A stretch of 31,838 nt of DNA from Candidatus Undinarchaeales archaeon (GCA_030753015.1 JASMDC010000041.1:1-31838); one strand, 5' to 3'. Shown: positions 1 through 9,015, counted from the first letter of the stretch. Numbers and translations: made by a program. Notes: generated from the letters alone by a model not told the origin.

Positions 1-1473
1 TCCCTTGAGCTCCAGTGAGATGCCGCCGTTCAGCTTGGCGAGAATGTTGTACGCGAGGGCCGATAGCATACCCATGAAGAAACCCACGAAAACGCCGCCG
101 ATGGACAGCATCGTGAGCACGAAAAGCACCTGTTGTACGACGACGGGGAGCATTGCCCGGACCGGGGCCGGTGCGTAACTCACTCCCGCGCCGATGATAC
201 CGAAGAGGAACATGACACTTGCGCACAGCTTCCCGGTCGATTTCACTCCGATACGTTTGAGCTTCCCCGACTCGACCTCAAGGCCGATACCGCCTGTCAC
301 GAACGCGACTATGTCGAACATGACGGCTCCGACCACGCCAAGGATGAACCCGGCAATGGCGAACCCGAGCGGGAACGCGACGATCCCGATGAAGCCGAGG
401 TCGGGCACGAATGCGGGCGCACCGAACGACGTACCGAGTATCCCACCGATAAGGCCGTACAATACCGCTGGCAGGATACCGAAAACACCCAGGATCACTG
501 CATACACGATCCCGAGCGGGATGATCCCCAGCCGTTTCATCTTGAAGACGTAGCGGACCGGTGCCTTCACGACCTCCTCGCCGGGACCGTGCGCGAACAC
601 GAAAGCGGCCACGGTCAGGAACAGCGCGATCGCGACACCGAGGAAGTAGATCCTGTCGAGCTCGTTTAGCCCGGAAAACCACCGCGTTAGGGGATTGGAC
701 GATGGCCGGCCTTTCCCGGTCCCCCAGATCGCCTCATCCTGCCGCGCGATGGCGTTCTCGATGACGAGGAGTGCTTCGAGACCATCCCCTGATTCATGAC
801 TCTTCCGGGCACGCTCTAAGAGCCCCTCGATCTCTTCACGCAGTTCCGGGTCAACGACCTGTGCCATCCGTCCGTCCACCTGCTTGATCTTTTTCTTCAC
901 CATGGCCTCGACAGCAGCCTCGTCCAAACCGGCGGCATCGGCACCTTTATCAGTAAGTCCATCGATATCAGCAAGCATTGCGTCGAAATCTTCCTCTGAT
1001 CCATCGCTATCCCGGGCACGTCCTAAGAGCCCCTTCATCTCTCTTTCCACCTTGGCCTCGAGGGCAGCCTTATCCACACCAATGGTATCGGCACCTTTAG
1101 CAACAAGAGTGTCGATATCGCCAAGCATCGCGTCGTAATCTTCCTCTGATCCATCGCTATTCTTGGCACGATCTAAGAGCTCCTTCATCTCTCCCAGCAC
1201 CGAGGCCTCGAGGGCATCCTTGTCCACACCGGTGGTTTCGGCACTTTTATCAACAAGTGCGTCGAGATCAGCGACAAGTGCGTCGTAATCTTCCTCTGAT
1301 CCATCGCTATCCCGGGCACGATCTAAGAGCTCCTCCATCTCGTCCTGCACAGTGGCCGCGTCAGCGTTATCGGTCGCTGCCAGGGCGAGCGGGAGAACGA
1401 CCACGAGGACCAGAAGGACTGCTGTGGCCATAGTGGTAGATCTTGGATTGCAGGAATCCTTGGTCCCTATCAT
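1..1473 (-). CDS. Membrane protein, 3'-truncated by the window edge: signal/anchor peptide, three 50-aa acidic helical repeats, then a duplicated DUF3566-like transmembrane region
   Basis: Hand translation of the minus strand is open from ATG 1473 (GGAGG upstream; alternative ATG 1431) to base 1. It reads MATAVLLVLVVVLPLALAA..., (EMxELLDRARDSDGSEEDYDA...)x3, then hydrophobic helices ending FDIVAFVTGGIGLEV and YNILAKLNGGISLEL. It is absent from the ORF track because the stop lies outside the window. Confidence 0.85.
   Translation of the reverse strand, partial: MIGTKDSCNPRSTTMATAVLLVLVVVLPLALAATDNADAATVQDEMEELLDRARDSDGSEEDYDALVADLDALVDKSAETTGVDKDALEASVLGEMKELLDRAKNSDGSEEDYDAMLGDIDTLVAKGADTIGVDKAALEAKVEREMKGLLGRARDSDGSEEDFDAMLADIDGLTDKGADAAGLDEAAVEAMVKKKIKQVDGRMAQVVDPELREEIEGLLERARKSHESGDGLEALLVIENAIARQDEAIWGTGKGRPSSNPLTRWFSGLNELDRIYFLGVAIALFLTVAAFVFAHGPGEEVVKAPVRYVFKMKRLGIIPLGIVYAVILGVFGILPAVLYGLIGGILGTSFGAPAFVPDLGFIGIVAFPLGFAIAGFILGVVGAVMFDIVAFVTGGIGLEVESGKLKRIGVKSTGKLCASVMFLFGIIGAGVSYAPAPVRAMLPVVVQQVLFVLTMLSIGGVFVGFFMGMLSALAYNILAKLNGGISLELKG
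892..1341. repeat. Three tandem 150-bp coding repeats, plus a degenerate partial fourth near 790-835
   Basis: TTCCTCTGATCCATCGCTAT recurs at 991, 1141 and 1291, an exact 150-bp period. Confidence 0.95.
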
Positions 1474-1502
1474 AAGCCGCCTCCCCATTTCAGTATATCG
1501 GG

Positions 1503-1516
1503 TCGAACAATTTAAG
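1503..1516 (+). promoter_or_regulatory. Putative archaeal BRE/TATA promoter for the aIF5A-like gene (near-leaderless)
   Basis: CGAACAA-TTTAAG about 25 nt upstream of ATG 1541. Confidence 0.5.
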
Positions 1517-1540
1517 CGTTGCCCCCCAACCCACGGACCC

Positions 1541-1933
1541 ATGGCAACGGTCACCGCGAAGGAGATCAAGAAGGGCTCCTACATCAAGGTCAATGACGTC
1601 GTATACCGCATCCTCCGCAAGGAGGTCGTCGTCTGCGGAACGCACTCGCACTCGAAGAACAAGATCATCTGCAAGCCCATACTGGGCGGCGGGGAGCGGT
1701 CGTTCAACTATGCTCACCAGGACCGTCTCGAGAAGATTGATGTCCAGCGCAAAGAGGGCCAGCTCATCTCGATCGGAGGCGGCACCTTCCAGGTCATGGA
1801 CTCGCGCTCCTACGAGATGGTGGACGCCGAGGTCCTCAACGACGATGTGGCCACCGGCATCGGCGAGGGTGACGTGATCATCTTCATGCAGGTCGAGGGC
1901 CGGAGCATCATCCTCGAGAAGAAACCGATGTGA
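1541..1933 (+). CDS. eif5a: Translation factor aIF5A/EF-P family homologue with an atypical loop (GTHSHSK instead of GKHGxAK)
   Basis: EIKKGSYIKVNDVVYRI, KEGQLISI, FQVMDSRSYE and GEGDVIIF match the two-domain aIF5A pattern. Start moved from 1352 to ATG 1541 (130 aa). Confidence 0.85.
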   Translation: MATVTAKEIKKGSYIKVNDVVYRILRKEVVVCGTHSHSKNKIICKPILGGGERSFNYAHQDRLEKIDVQRKEGQLISIGGGTFQVMDSRSYEMVDAEVLNDDVATGIGEGDVIIFMQVEGRSIILEKKPM

Positions 1934-2256
1934 TGGGTACCAATACGGTACGATTACAGAGCACGCTCAAGGGCGTGCTCGTCGTCGTCCTCTGCGCTGC
2001 CGCGCTCACGGACCTGCTCTCGGGGGACGAGTGGGTGCCGCAAGAGGACAGGGTATTGCGCTCGTTCATGGGCTCGAACATCCAGGTGATATCTGCCTAC
2101 AGCTGCGACAGTGACTGCACGTCGGCCGCGGCCGGGATAGCTAGCAACTGCACAGAAAAAGCGATGCCTACACCGACCGCCGCATACCGCAGCAGCCGAC
2201 CCACCGGGAGCCGCTCCTGCCGCTCGTCGGGTGTGTCGATGTCATCCTCAACATAG
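1930..2256 (+). CDS. Small hypothetical exported protein
   Basis: Start overlaps the aIF5A stop. N-terminal hydrophobic stretch GVLVVVLCAAAL, several Cys, Ser-rich tail. Confidence 0.45.
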   Translation: MMGTNTVRLQSTLKGVLVVVLCAAALTDLLSGDEWVPQEDRVLRSFMGSNIQVISAYSCDSDCTSAAAGIASNCTEKAMPTPTAAYRSSRPTGSRSCRSSGVSMSSST

Positions 2257-2496
2257 GTCCCCTGTCCCACTTTCATCCCCGGGAAACCTCGGCGGGAAGG
2301 TCCGGTTTATAAGCTTCGCTCCTCCGGAATCCGGAAAACGTGCTCATTGGCACCACGTGGCACGGTCGTCGTCCTTCAATGGCCAGGATGTACGAACGGT
2401 TATTAACCTGCATGGACATCGGTAACACGGATGGGATGTCCAGGGATCGGCCACGACCGGCGGGGAGACGGCCCACATCCTATTGGTAGGAGGGAC

Positions 2497-2817
2497 GTGT
2501 GGGACCGCTCGTACCTCATCGTCGTCTCTCTCATCCTGATGAGCGCCGTCCTTTCTGGGTGCACCTTCCAACGTGCGGCGGAGCCCGAGGAGGACGTGAC
2601 CGGAGAGCCGTTCGACGATTTCTATACCCATTCAGTGGAGAAGGTGTGCTGTGGTCATTGCCTGGAATACGGTCTGTATGACAGCTCTTCAGATTGCCTT
2701 GATATCCTTCAGGAGAACGAGGGATCAAAGCAGTGTATCTTCATCCTCACCGACCATCCACACACACACTTCCAGTGCGCCCTCGTATTGCAGGACCCTA
2801 CCCCCACACCCGAGTAG
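2497..2817 (+). CDS. Putative Cys-rich lipoprotein
   Basis: GTG 2497 follows GGAGG. Hydrophobic helix ends in lipobox LSGC; CCGHC and three more Cys follow. Confidence 0.65.
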   Translation: MWDRSYLIVVSLILMSAVLSGCTFQRAAEPEEDVTGEPFDDFYTHSVEKVCCGHCLEYGLYDSSSDCLDILQENEGSKQCIFILTDHPHTHFQCALVLQDPTPTPE

Positions 2818-2890
2818 ATCCCGAGCATGTAGGTCACTCTATCTTTGCACAGAAGGGTGATCCATAAAAGGGATCGCTGCCTATGAGGAC

Positions 2891-3400
2891 ATGCTCACAA
2901 TGTCTCTTGATACGGTCTACGAGGAGGACATCCCCTCGAAGTGGGTGACACGCATCCTGACGCTCGCCACCACTTTTTTCGTACTCCTGTTCATCCACCA
3001 GCTCATCGAGGGTTCCGAAGGTGACAATCCAACGGTGAGGGCAATCTTTCCCATCCTATCCCTCTTCTTCCTGGGCTTGTTACTGATCTTTCGCACACTG
3101 ACCGTACGGATGACGACCGACAACGTCACCGTCGCGTACGGTCCCATCTCGTACTCGGTCCCTCTCAAGGACATCACCGACGTCCGGGCCGATGAGACCT
3201 CCGCCCTGCGGTACGGGGGTGCGGGCATCAGGCTCGCTCCCGTCGGTGGGAAGCTTAGGCTGGTGTTCAGTGTCATCGGGGGCCAGCGCGTCATCATAGG
3301 GATGAGTGGCCGGCGGATCGGAGAGCTTGTGTTCTCCACGGATAGGCCGGACGAGATCGTGAAGCTGATCGAGGAGCGGACAGCAAAACATCGAAGGTAG
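2891..3400 (+). CDS. Membrane protein with two N-terminal TM helices and a bacterial PH-like domain
   Basis: Two hydrophobic helices, then VPLKDI...YGGAGIR...LVFSTDRPDEIVKLI. Stop abuts the rsgA start. Confidence 0.7.
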   Translation: MLTMSLDTVYEEDIPSKWVTRILTLATTFFVLLFIHQLIEGSEGDNPTVRAIFPILSLFFLGLLLIFRTLTVRMTTDNVTVAYGPISYSVPLKDITDVRADETSALRYGGAGIRLAPVGGKLRLVFSVIGGQRVIIGMSGRRIGELVFSTDRPDEIVKLIEERTAKHRR

Positions 3401-4491
3401 TGAACATGGATCTGTCCGACCTTGGCTGGAATGATGAACGCGAGGAACAGTTCACAGAACACTACAAATGCGGTCTATTTCCGGCCAGAGTTATCGAGTC
3501 GACGCGTCTTTTTTACAAATTGTTATCCGAAAAAGGCGAGATCACGGGAAAACTATCAGGAAAGTTACGCTATACATGCAGTTCCAAGAGTGATTTCCCC
3601 ACTGTCGGCGACTGGATAGGGTATAAACCGTCCAATAACAAGGGATTTGTGCCGATTCAGGTAAGAATGGAGAGGGAAAGTGCGTTCTCAAGGAAAGTCG
3701 CAGGAAAAGTGTCGGATGAACAGGTGATCGCGGCTAATATCGACACGATCCTCATCGTGAACGGTCTTGACCAGGACTTCAGCATTCGGAGGATCGAAAG
3801 ATACGTCACCCTTGCCGGAGAAAGCGGGGCCGGGTTCGTAATCGTCCTGAACAAGGCGGACCTGTGCAAGGACCTAGAGGGTGTGCTCTCCAGCCTCAGG
3901 GAACAGTTCGAGGGTGTGCCCGTGCACGCCATAAGTGCACTGGACGAAAGCGGTCTCGAGCCGATCAGGGAGCTGTTCGTCCCGGGAAGGACGTATGTGT
4001 TCCTGGGGTCCTCGGGGGTCGGGAAATCGACCATCATCAACCGCCTGCTGGGCGAGGACAGGATACGGACGTCCTCGGTGAGCGACCATGACGGTAGGGG
4101 GCGACATACGACGACTTCGAAGAACCTCATGCTCCTTCCCAACGGCGCGATCGTCATCGACACGCCAGGTCTGCGTGAAGTGCAGCTACTTGCATCGGGT
4201 GCAGGGCTGGCGCACGCCTTTGCGGACATCGAGATGCTGGCAGAGGGATGCAGGTTCACGGACTGTACGCATACTTCGGAACCCGGCTGTGCGGTCCTGG
4301 CGGCCGTGGAGAACGGTGCCATCCCCGGGGAGAGGCTCGACAGCTATCACAAGCTGAAGAGGGAGATCGAGCACAACCTCTCCAAGTCCGAGGCGAGGTT
4401 CAAGAACAAGCGGAGCCCGTTCTGGAAGAATATCAGCAAGCAGGCACGGATGATCAAGAAGAACAACCGCAAGAACGTCCGCGACCGATAA
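3400..4491 (+). CDS. rsgA: Ribosome small subunit-dependent GTPase A (circularly permuted GTPase)
   Basis: OB-fold PTVGDW; G4 NKAD, G5 SA, G1 GSSGVGKST, G2 GRHTTT and G3 DTPG in permuted order; Zn finger CRFTDCTHTSEPGC. Start may be ATG 3406. Confidence 0.95.
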   Translation: MNMDLSDLGWNDEREEQFTEHYKCGLFPARVIESTRLFYKLLSEKGEITGKLSGKLRYTCSSKSDFPTVGDWIGYKPSNNKGFVPIQVRMERESAFSRKVAGKVSDEQVIAANIDTILIVNGLDQDFSIRRIERYVTLAGESGAGFVIVLNKADLCKDLEGVLSSLREQFEGVPVHAISALDESGLEPIRELFVPGRTYVFLGSSGVGKSTIINRLLGEDRIRTSSVSDHDGRGRHTTTSKNLMLLPNGAIVIDTPGLREVQLLASGAGLAHAFADIEMLAEGCRFTDCTHTSEPGCAVLAAVENGAIPGERLDSYHKLKREIEHNLSKSEARFKNKRSPFWKNISKQARMIKKNNRKNVRDR

Positions 4492-4742
4492 CGGATAGCT
4501 TCATAATCGATTAGGGCATATTCCCTTACCAATGGGGATCGGACGGTTGATCAAGATACTCCTGTCCATTCTATTTCTAACAGCCTTCTGCTACTTCCTC
4601 GTAGTATACTTCCCTGACCTGTACGACGCGTTCAAGATGAAGTTCATGGACAAGACAGTTCCCGGGACGTGAGGAGCGCGCGGACCGTGACCTCCTACAT
4701 GCGGCCGGTCGGAAAGACATTTAGTGCTTAGAGCCCGGAGCG

Positions 4743-5798
4743 ATGGACATGCGCAGCACCGTCTACTTCTCACCTGTGACGGGAAAGGACCACGCTGCGG
4801 TCAGTTCAGCTGCGCGGCGTCTGCTCGAGACCCTCCTCGAACAGGAGGATGTCACCCTCGAGAACAAGGTCCCGCTCAAAGTCCATTTCGGTGAGAAGGG
4901 GAACGTCACGTACATCAAGCCCCAGATGTACGATGGTATAATCGATCTACTTGAGGAGAAAGGGACAGAGTGCTGTTTCATGGAGACGAACGTGCTCTAC
5001 ACGGGGGAGAGAACGACCCGAGAGCGCCACACGAAACTGGCCCGGGAGCACGGATTCACCAGACTGCCGGTGGTCATCGCTGATGGCGAGCGGGGCGAGG
5101 ACTATACCGAGGTCGAGATCAACAAGAAGCACTTCAGGACCTGCAAGATCGCGAAGGCCTATGGCGACTACGGACAATTGTTCATTCTCGCCCACTTCAA
5201 GGGCCATATGATGGCCGGTTACGGTGGCGTCATCAAGCAGATGGCCATGGGATGCGCCTCCCGGGGCGGGAAGCTCGCACAACACCTGAACTCCAAGCCG
5301 TTCATCATCCCGTTCTGGTGCAATCAGTGCAATTCCTGCGAGGAGAAATGTCCTGCAGGGGCGATCACGATCGGCAGATGGTCGAGCATAGACCGCTCCA
5401 AGTGCATCGGGTGCGCCGCATGCACTGCCGTCTGCCAGACCAAGGCGGTCCAGATAAACCTGCTCAGCATGATCGCTAGCCTCTTAGGGAACTCTTTCAC
5501 CGAAAGGGTGGCTGAGTACGCGTACGCTGCACAGAAGGGGAAAAAGAACATCTACATGAACTTCGCGATCGATATAACGTCACAATGCGACTGTGTGGGG
5601 AGCAAGATGGACCCGATCATCGGCGACATCGGCGTGTTCGCCTCCACCGATCCCGTGGCCATCGATCAGGCCTGCTGTGACAAGCTCAAGGAGGCCGGGA
5701 AGAAGTTCACTCACAAGAGGTTGCTGGAGTATGCCCAGAAGCTGGGTCTCGGCTCCAGGGACTACGAGCTCGTCGAGGTCCGTGGGGATACAGCGTAG
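4743..5798 (+). CDS. DUF362 domain protein with inserted 2x[4Fe-4S] ferredoxin
   Basis: KVHFGEKGN, ETNVLYTGER, AHFKGH..AGYGGVIK, CNQCNSCEEKCP, CIGCAACTAVC, CDC and ASTDPVAIDQA. Confidence 0.9.
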   Translation: MDMRSTVYFSPVTGKDHAAVSSAARRLLETLLEQEDVTLENKVPLKVHFGEKGNVTYIKPQMYDGIIDLLEEKGTECCFMETNVLYTGERTTRERHTKLAREHGFTRLPVVIADGERGEDYTEVEINKKHFRTCKIAKAYGDYGQLFILAHFKGHMMAGYGGVIKQMAMGCASRGGKLAQHLNSKPFIIPFWCNQCNSCEEKCPAGAITIGRWSSIDRSKCIGCAACTAVCQTKAVQINLLSMIASLLGNSFTERVAEYAYAAQKGKKNIYMNFAIDITSQCDCVGSKMDPIIGDIGVFASTDPVAIDQACCDKLKEAGKKFTHKRLLEYAQKLGLGSRDYELVEVRGDTA

Positions 5799-5874
5799 CA
5801 TACTCGTGTTTACGTACCACTGCCTTTTCCATCCATTTAATAAAAATTGGTGACGGACTCTATAAAGGCTAGGA

Positions 5875-6777
5875 GTGAAGGTGATGGAAGAACGGACCTA
5901 TACCATCCTCATCGTGGATGACGAAGTCGATATGCTGGACGCTCTCAAGCGTAAGCTGGAGCGGGCGCCGCAGTTCACATGCAAGATCGTCACGGCACAG
6001 AACCCCGAGGCAGCGATGGGCGAGCTCAAGAAGCAGCGGTTCGACATGGTGCTGTCCGACTACCAGATGCCGAAGATGAACGGCGTTGATCTCCTGGCGC
6101 TCGTCAAGGAGAACCATCCCGATACCAAACGGGTCCTCATCACCGGTCTGTCGGACATGGTCGTAGCACAGGACGCGATGAGGAAGGCCAAGGTGCATTT
6201 CTTCCTCGAGAAGCCCGTGGACAAGGACGTGCTGCGTGGCACGATCCACGAGCTGCTGAAGGCCTCCCGGGTCGAACCGACCTTGGATGATACCGGGGCG
6301 ACGCCAGCCACTGAGACACAGAGCACGATGGCGCCCGGGAACATGTACCTCATCGAGGAGAGGAAGGGCGCAAAGGCGTTCGAGGTGCTCACGGACCTGA
6401 TCGAGCGCGGTCATCAAGGGCTGGCCATCACGACACAATCCCCCGACATGATCAAGCAGCGGTACGGACTTGGGGGCACGTCCGTCAGATGGCTCAGCAA
6501 GCGCGAGGTCGACGGTGCTATGGACGCAAACAACCTCGTGGAGCTCGGCTTCCTCATCCGGGAGTTCCTCGAGCCCGCCGAGCGGGGCGTCGTGCTCCTG
6601 GACGGCTTCGACTATCTCACGAGCATCCACGGGTTCGACAAGACGATCAAGTTCCTCCAGGACCTCTCCGAATTCATCGTGTACAGCAATAAGAACGTCA
6701 TCATCCCGCTCAACCCACAGACCTTGAGTGCCCAGCAGTACGCGATCCTGGGAAGGTACCTCGAAAGCCTCGAGTGA
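5875..6777 (+). CDS. Response regulator receiver domain fused to DUF835 (degenerate KaiC-like ATPase)
   Basis: ILIVDDE, VLSDYQMPKMNG (phospho-acceptor Asp), ITG and EKP. The C-terminal half GNMYLIEE..GLAITT..VRWLS..VVLLDGFDYL..GFDKTIKFL..L.E fits DUF835. Start may be ATG 5884. Confidence 0.85.
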   Translation: MKVMEERTYTILIVDDEVDMLDALKRKLERAPQFTCKIVTAQNPEAAMGELKKQRFDMVLSDYQMPKMNGVDLLALVKENHPDTKRVLITGLSDMVVAQDAMRKAKVHFFLEKPVDKDVLRGTIHELLKASRVEPTLDDTGATPATETQSTMAPGNMYLIEERKGAKAFEVLTDLIERGHQGLAITTQSPDMIKQRYGLGGTSVRWLSKREVDGAMDANNLVELGFLIREFLEPAERGVVLLDGFDYLTSIHGFDKTIKFLQDLSEFIVYSNKNVIIPLNPQTLSAQQYAILGRYLESLE

Positions 6778-6864
6778 CTGGACCCGATCGCGGCCGGGTT
6801 CAAAGAAGTCCTTCATCGGCCCATCCATATCTCGTCCTCAAGGATACCGGGCATGTAGGCACTT

Positions 6865-7560
6865 CTACTCCGTTGCCGTCCCGAGCTGGTACAGGACGAG
6901 GGACGAGAAGCCGATGAGTATGAAGCCCACGAAGAACGAGCCCCGGATGAAGAGCCAGATGCCCAGACCGATGCAAAGCAGCATGAACACCCGGCCGACG
7001 TTCACATTGATCTTCACGACCTTCATCTTCTTGAACGCGCTGGTGCTGCCCTCCATATCGACGTAGCAGTGGGGGACGTAGCTGCCCATGGGTGTCGTGT
7101 ATATCTTACCGAAGGAACTGTCCAGGATAAATGTCGCCCTTCTGCCCTTTACTTCTACCCATGCATGCGGTTCATGCTCGTAGTTACCGACGACGACCCG
7201 GACGCCCTTGATCCCAGCCTCTATCAGGAGGGAGGCCAGCAGGAGGGCCATATCCTCGCAGTCACCTTTCCCCGACGCAAGCGTCTCGCGCGGGTACTGC
7301 CAGTAGTCCTTCTTCCCGAAGTTGTCAAGGTCGCTCACGTAGGCGATGCGGCGGTTCACGTACATCATCGCCCGCCCGATGTCCGCCTTGAGAGATGTCC
7401 GCTCGGGAAGTGCCTCGTTTAAGATACCAGCGGTCTCGTGAGGCTTCAGGAACACCTCATAGGGGCAGTCGACACCGCCCCGGGTCGTGGTGAACGGGCT
7501 GTCCTTCGACATGGGCCCGTCAGTGTTCGACATCAAAGGTAATATTGACGGTCGTCCCAT
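6865..7560 (-). CDS. Transglutaminase-like cysteine protease (BTLCP/C93-like) with a C-terminal TM hairpin
   Basis: DYWQYPRETL..GKGDCEDMALLLASLL, HAWVEV and ILDS give a Cys-His-Asp triad. The ORF-track N-terminus (7908) overlaps the next gene; likely starts are 7560, 7533 or 7512. Confidence 0.8.
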   Translation of the reverse strand: MGRPSILPLMSNTDGPMSKDSPFTTTRGGVDCPYEVFLKPHETAGILNEALPERTSLKADIGRAMMYVNRRIAYVSDLDNFGKKDYWQYPRETLASGKGDCEDMALLLASLLIEAGIKGVRVVVGNYEHEPHAWVEVKGRRATFILDSSFGKIYTTPMGSYVPHCYVDMEGSTSAFKKMKVVKINVNVGRVFMLLCIGLGIWLFIRGSFFVGFILIGFSSLVLYQLGTATE

Positions 7561-7570
7561 CACCAAAGGC

Positions 7571-8065
7571 CTACTCGTAGGTGATCGTGCGCAGGCGGGT
7601 GCCGTCCTTGAGGACCTCGTCCTTGGTATACTCCTCGATCTCGGCCTTGAGGCTGATGATCCCGTGCATGACATCGCCGAAGCCCCGGAAGCTTCTGACC
7701 GGGTGCCACCAGTTGGCGATGATGGACGCGTCGGAGGGCATGCCGTAACCGTCCAGGCCAACTGACTCCACGAACTCCTTGATCTGGTCGTGGGTGCCCA
7801 TGAGATCGACCGTGTACCCGTCGGTCTCGCCCTCACCAGTGAGCCGACTCGCACCCCACTGGTGATGGTAGTGATCCACATCGATCTCGGCGCCGGACGC
7901 GGCGGCAAGGTCCTCGATGTACTCGCCGAACCCGCTCTCCTCGCTGCGCTGTGGGAAGTCCACGACCTGCCGGTAGTCGCCGTTGATCTCGCGGACGACG
8001 TGCACGATGTCGGAGTGGACGTCGTACGTGATGTGTGCGTAGTGGATCTCCTCGAGTCCTTCCAT
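7571..8065 (-). CDS. Hypothetical acidic protein
   Basis: Typical codon usage; GAGAGG before the ATG cluster 8074/8071/8065; TTATAT box near 8108-8113. Confidence 0.65.
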   Translation of the reverse strand: MEGLEEIHYAHITYDVHSDIVHVVREINGDYRQVVDFPQRSEESGFGEYIEDLAAASGAEIDVDHYHHQWGASRLTGEGETDGYTVDLMGTHDQIKEFVESVGLDGYGMPSDASIIANWWHPVRSFRGFGDVMHGIISLKAEIEEYTKDEVLKDGTRLRTITYE

Positions 8066-8319
8066 GATCATCATCCTCTCTGTCGTGGCCTGGTGCGGGG
8101 GGACCGGCATATAAGGATTCGCCCGCTCGCTGCAGGATTCCCTCCGGCCGTGGGACAAAATTCATCTGATCTCCTGCCAGAACATGTTTTGCCGCACAAG
8201 CGTACAGAGATTCCCGGTGTCCATTCTGTCCTCTCTTTTCGGGATGAGGTACATGGATGACGTCACCGAGCGCGTCGTCGACGAGCTTGATCGTCCCCCG
8301 AGCATCGTGGTAGCGGTCT

Positions 8320-8411
8320 ATCCTGAGACTGTTGATGGAGATGCCCGTGACACCTTGGAGGAGGTCCGGAAGGACTCTGAAGGCACAGGACCGTGAATCC
8401 GATCGGTATAC
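8320..8411 (-). repeat. Degenerate attC-like site A (distal end of the array)
   Basis: Contains ATCCTGAGACTGTTGATGGAG, GTCCGGAAGGACTCTGAAGGC and CCGTGAATCCGATC, which resemble sites F, E and B. The core reads GGTATAC instead of GTTATAC; the other arm is not recognisable. Confidence 0.55.
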
Positions 8412-8434
8412 GGAGAACGGCTGATGAAAATAGA

Positions 8435-8770
8435 TCACTCCTTGTTCTTATATCGGTATTTCTGATCGAAATAGGTTATGTCGACATATCCGGCATATAT
8501 CTTCGCTGAGTGTTTTACACCCTTTGGTATGTAATACCGGTCTCCTTTCTGATATGTCCTTTTCTTACCAGAGATCGTTAGATCGCCCTTCCCTTCCAAT
8601 ACAACACTCCATTGACCTTCGTGTGAATGCTCGGGAACTTCAACATCCTTTTCAAATTGCATGAAGATGATCTGGTGATTATCCCCTTGTGATAGATAGG
8701 CTTTGAGACCATCAAATGGGATATCGGCTTGTGGTAATGCCATGATTGGTGGTGGAAAAGGATCCGTCAT
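8435..8770 (-). CDS. Cupin domain protein (cassette 6)
   Basis: VPEHSHEGQWSVVLEG and GDRYYIPKGVKHSA cupin motifs; start set at ATG 8770. Confidence 0.9.
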   Translation of the reverse strand: MTDPFPPPIMALPQADIPFDGLKAYLSQGDNHQIIFMQFEKDVEVPEHSHEGQWSVVLEGKGDLTISGKKRTYQKGDRYYIPKGVKHSAKIYAGYVDITYFDQKYRYKNKE

Positions 8771-8817
8771 GATAAAAGCTAGCATCATATTGTTTTAAAG
8801 CAATAAGGCTGTCTTTC

Positions 8818-8947
8818 GCCTAGCGGCCAAGGACTCACCAGACGCGGCCTCGCCAAGCGATTCTCAAACGACGTTAGGGTCACCAGGGTTCAGAAGATCC
8901 AGGGCCGTGTTGGTAGAGGCCCGCAACCGTGAATCCGGTCGTTAAGT
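8818..8947 (-). repeat. attC-like site B (130 bp)
   Basis: On the + strand GCCTAGC-GGCCAA-GGACTCAC ... GTGAATCC-GGTC-GTTAAGT; the arms pair imperfectly. The left core has AGC instead of AAC. Confidence 0.8.
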
Positions 8948-8972
8948 GACGGCCTGTGATAAGTTCGGGTCA

Positions 8973-8988
8973 CCAAAAAGTATATAAA
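8973..8988 (+). promoter_or_regulatory. BRE/TATA promoter inside cassette 5
   Basis: CCAAAAAG-TATATAAA about 28 nt upstream of ATG 9016. Confidence 0.65.
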
Positions 8989-9015
8989 CGGGATATCATG
9001 CGGGGCCATATCATA

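Noticed and set aside
133-669. Plus-strand ORFs 133-669, 194-553 and 884-1138
   Set aside because: Shadows of the minus-strand membrane protein gene 1-1473.
5869-6828. 319-aa minus-strand ORF, and 7790-8260 (+) and 7833-8438 (-)
   Set aside because: Antisense or off-frame shadows of the receiver-DUF835 gene and the 7571-8065 gene.
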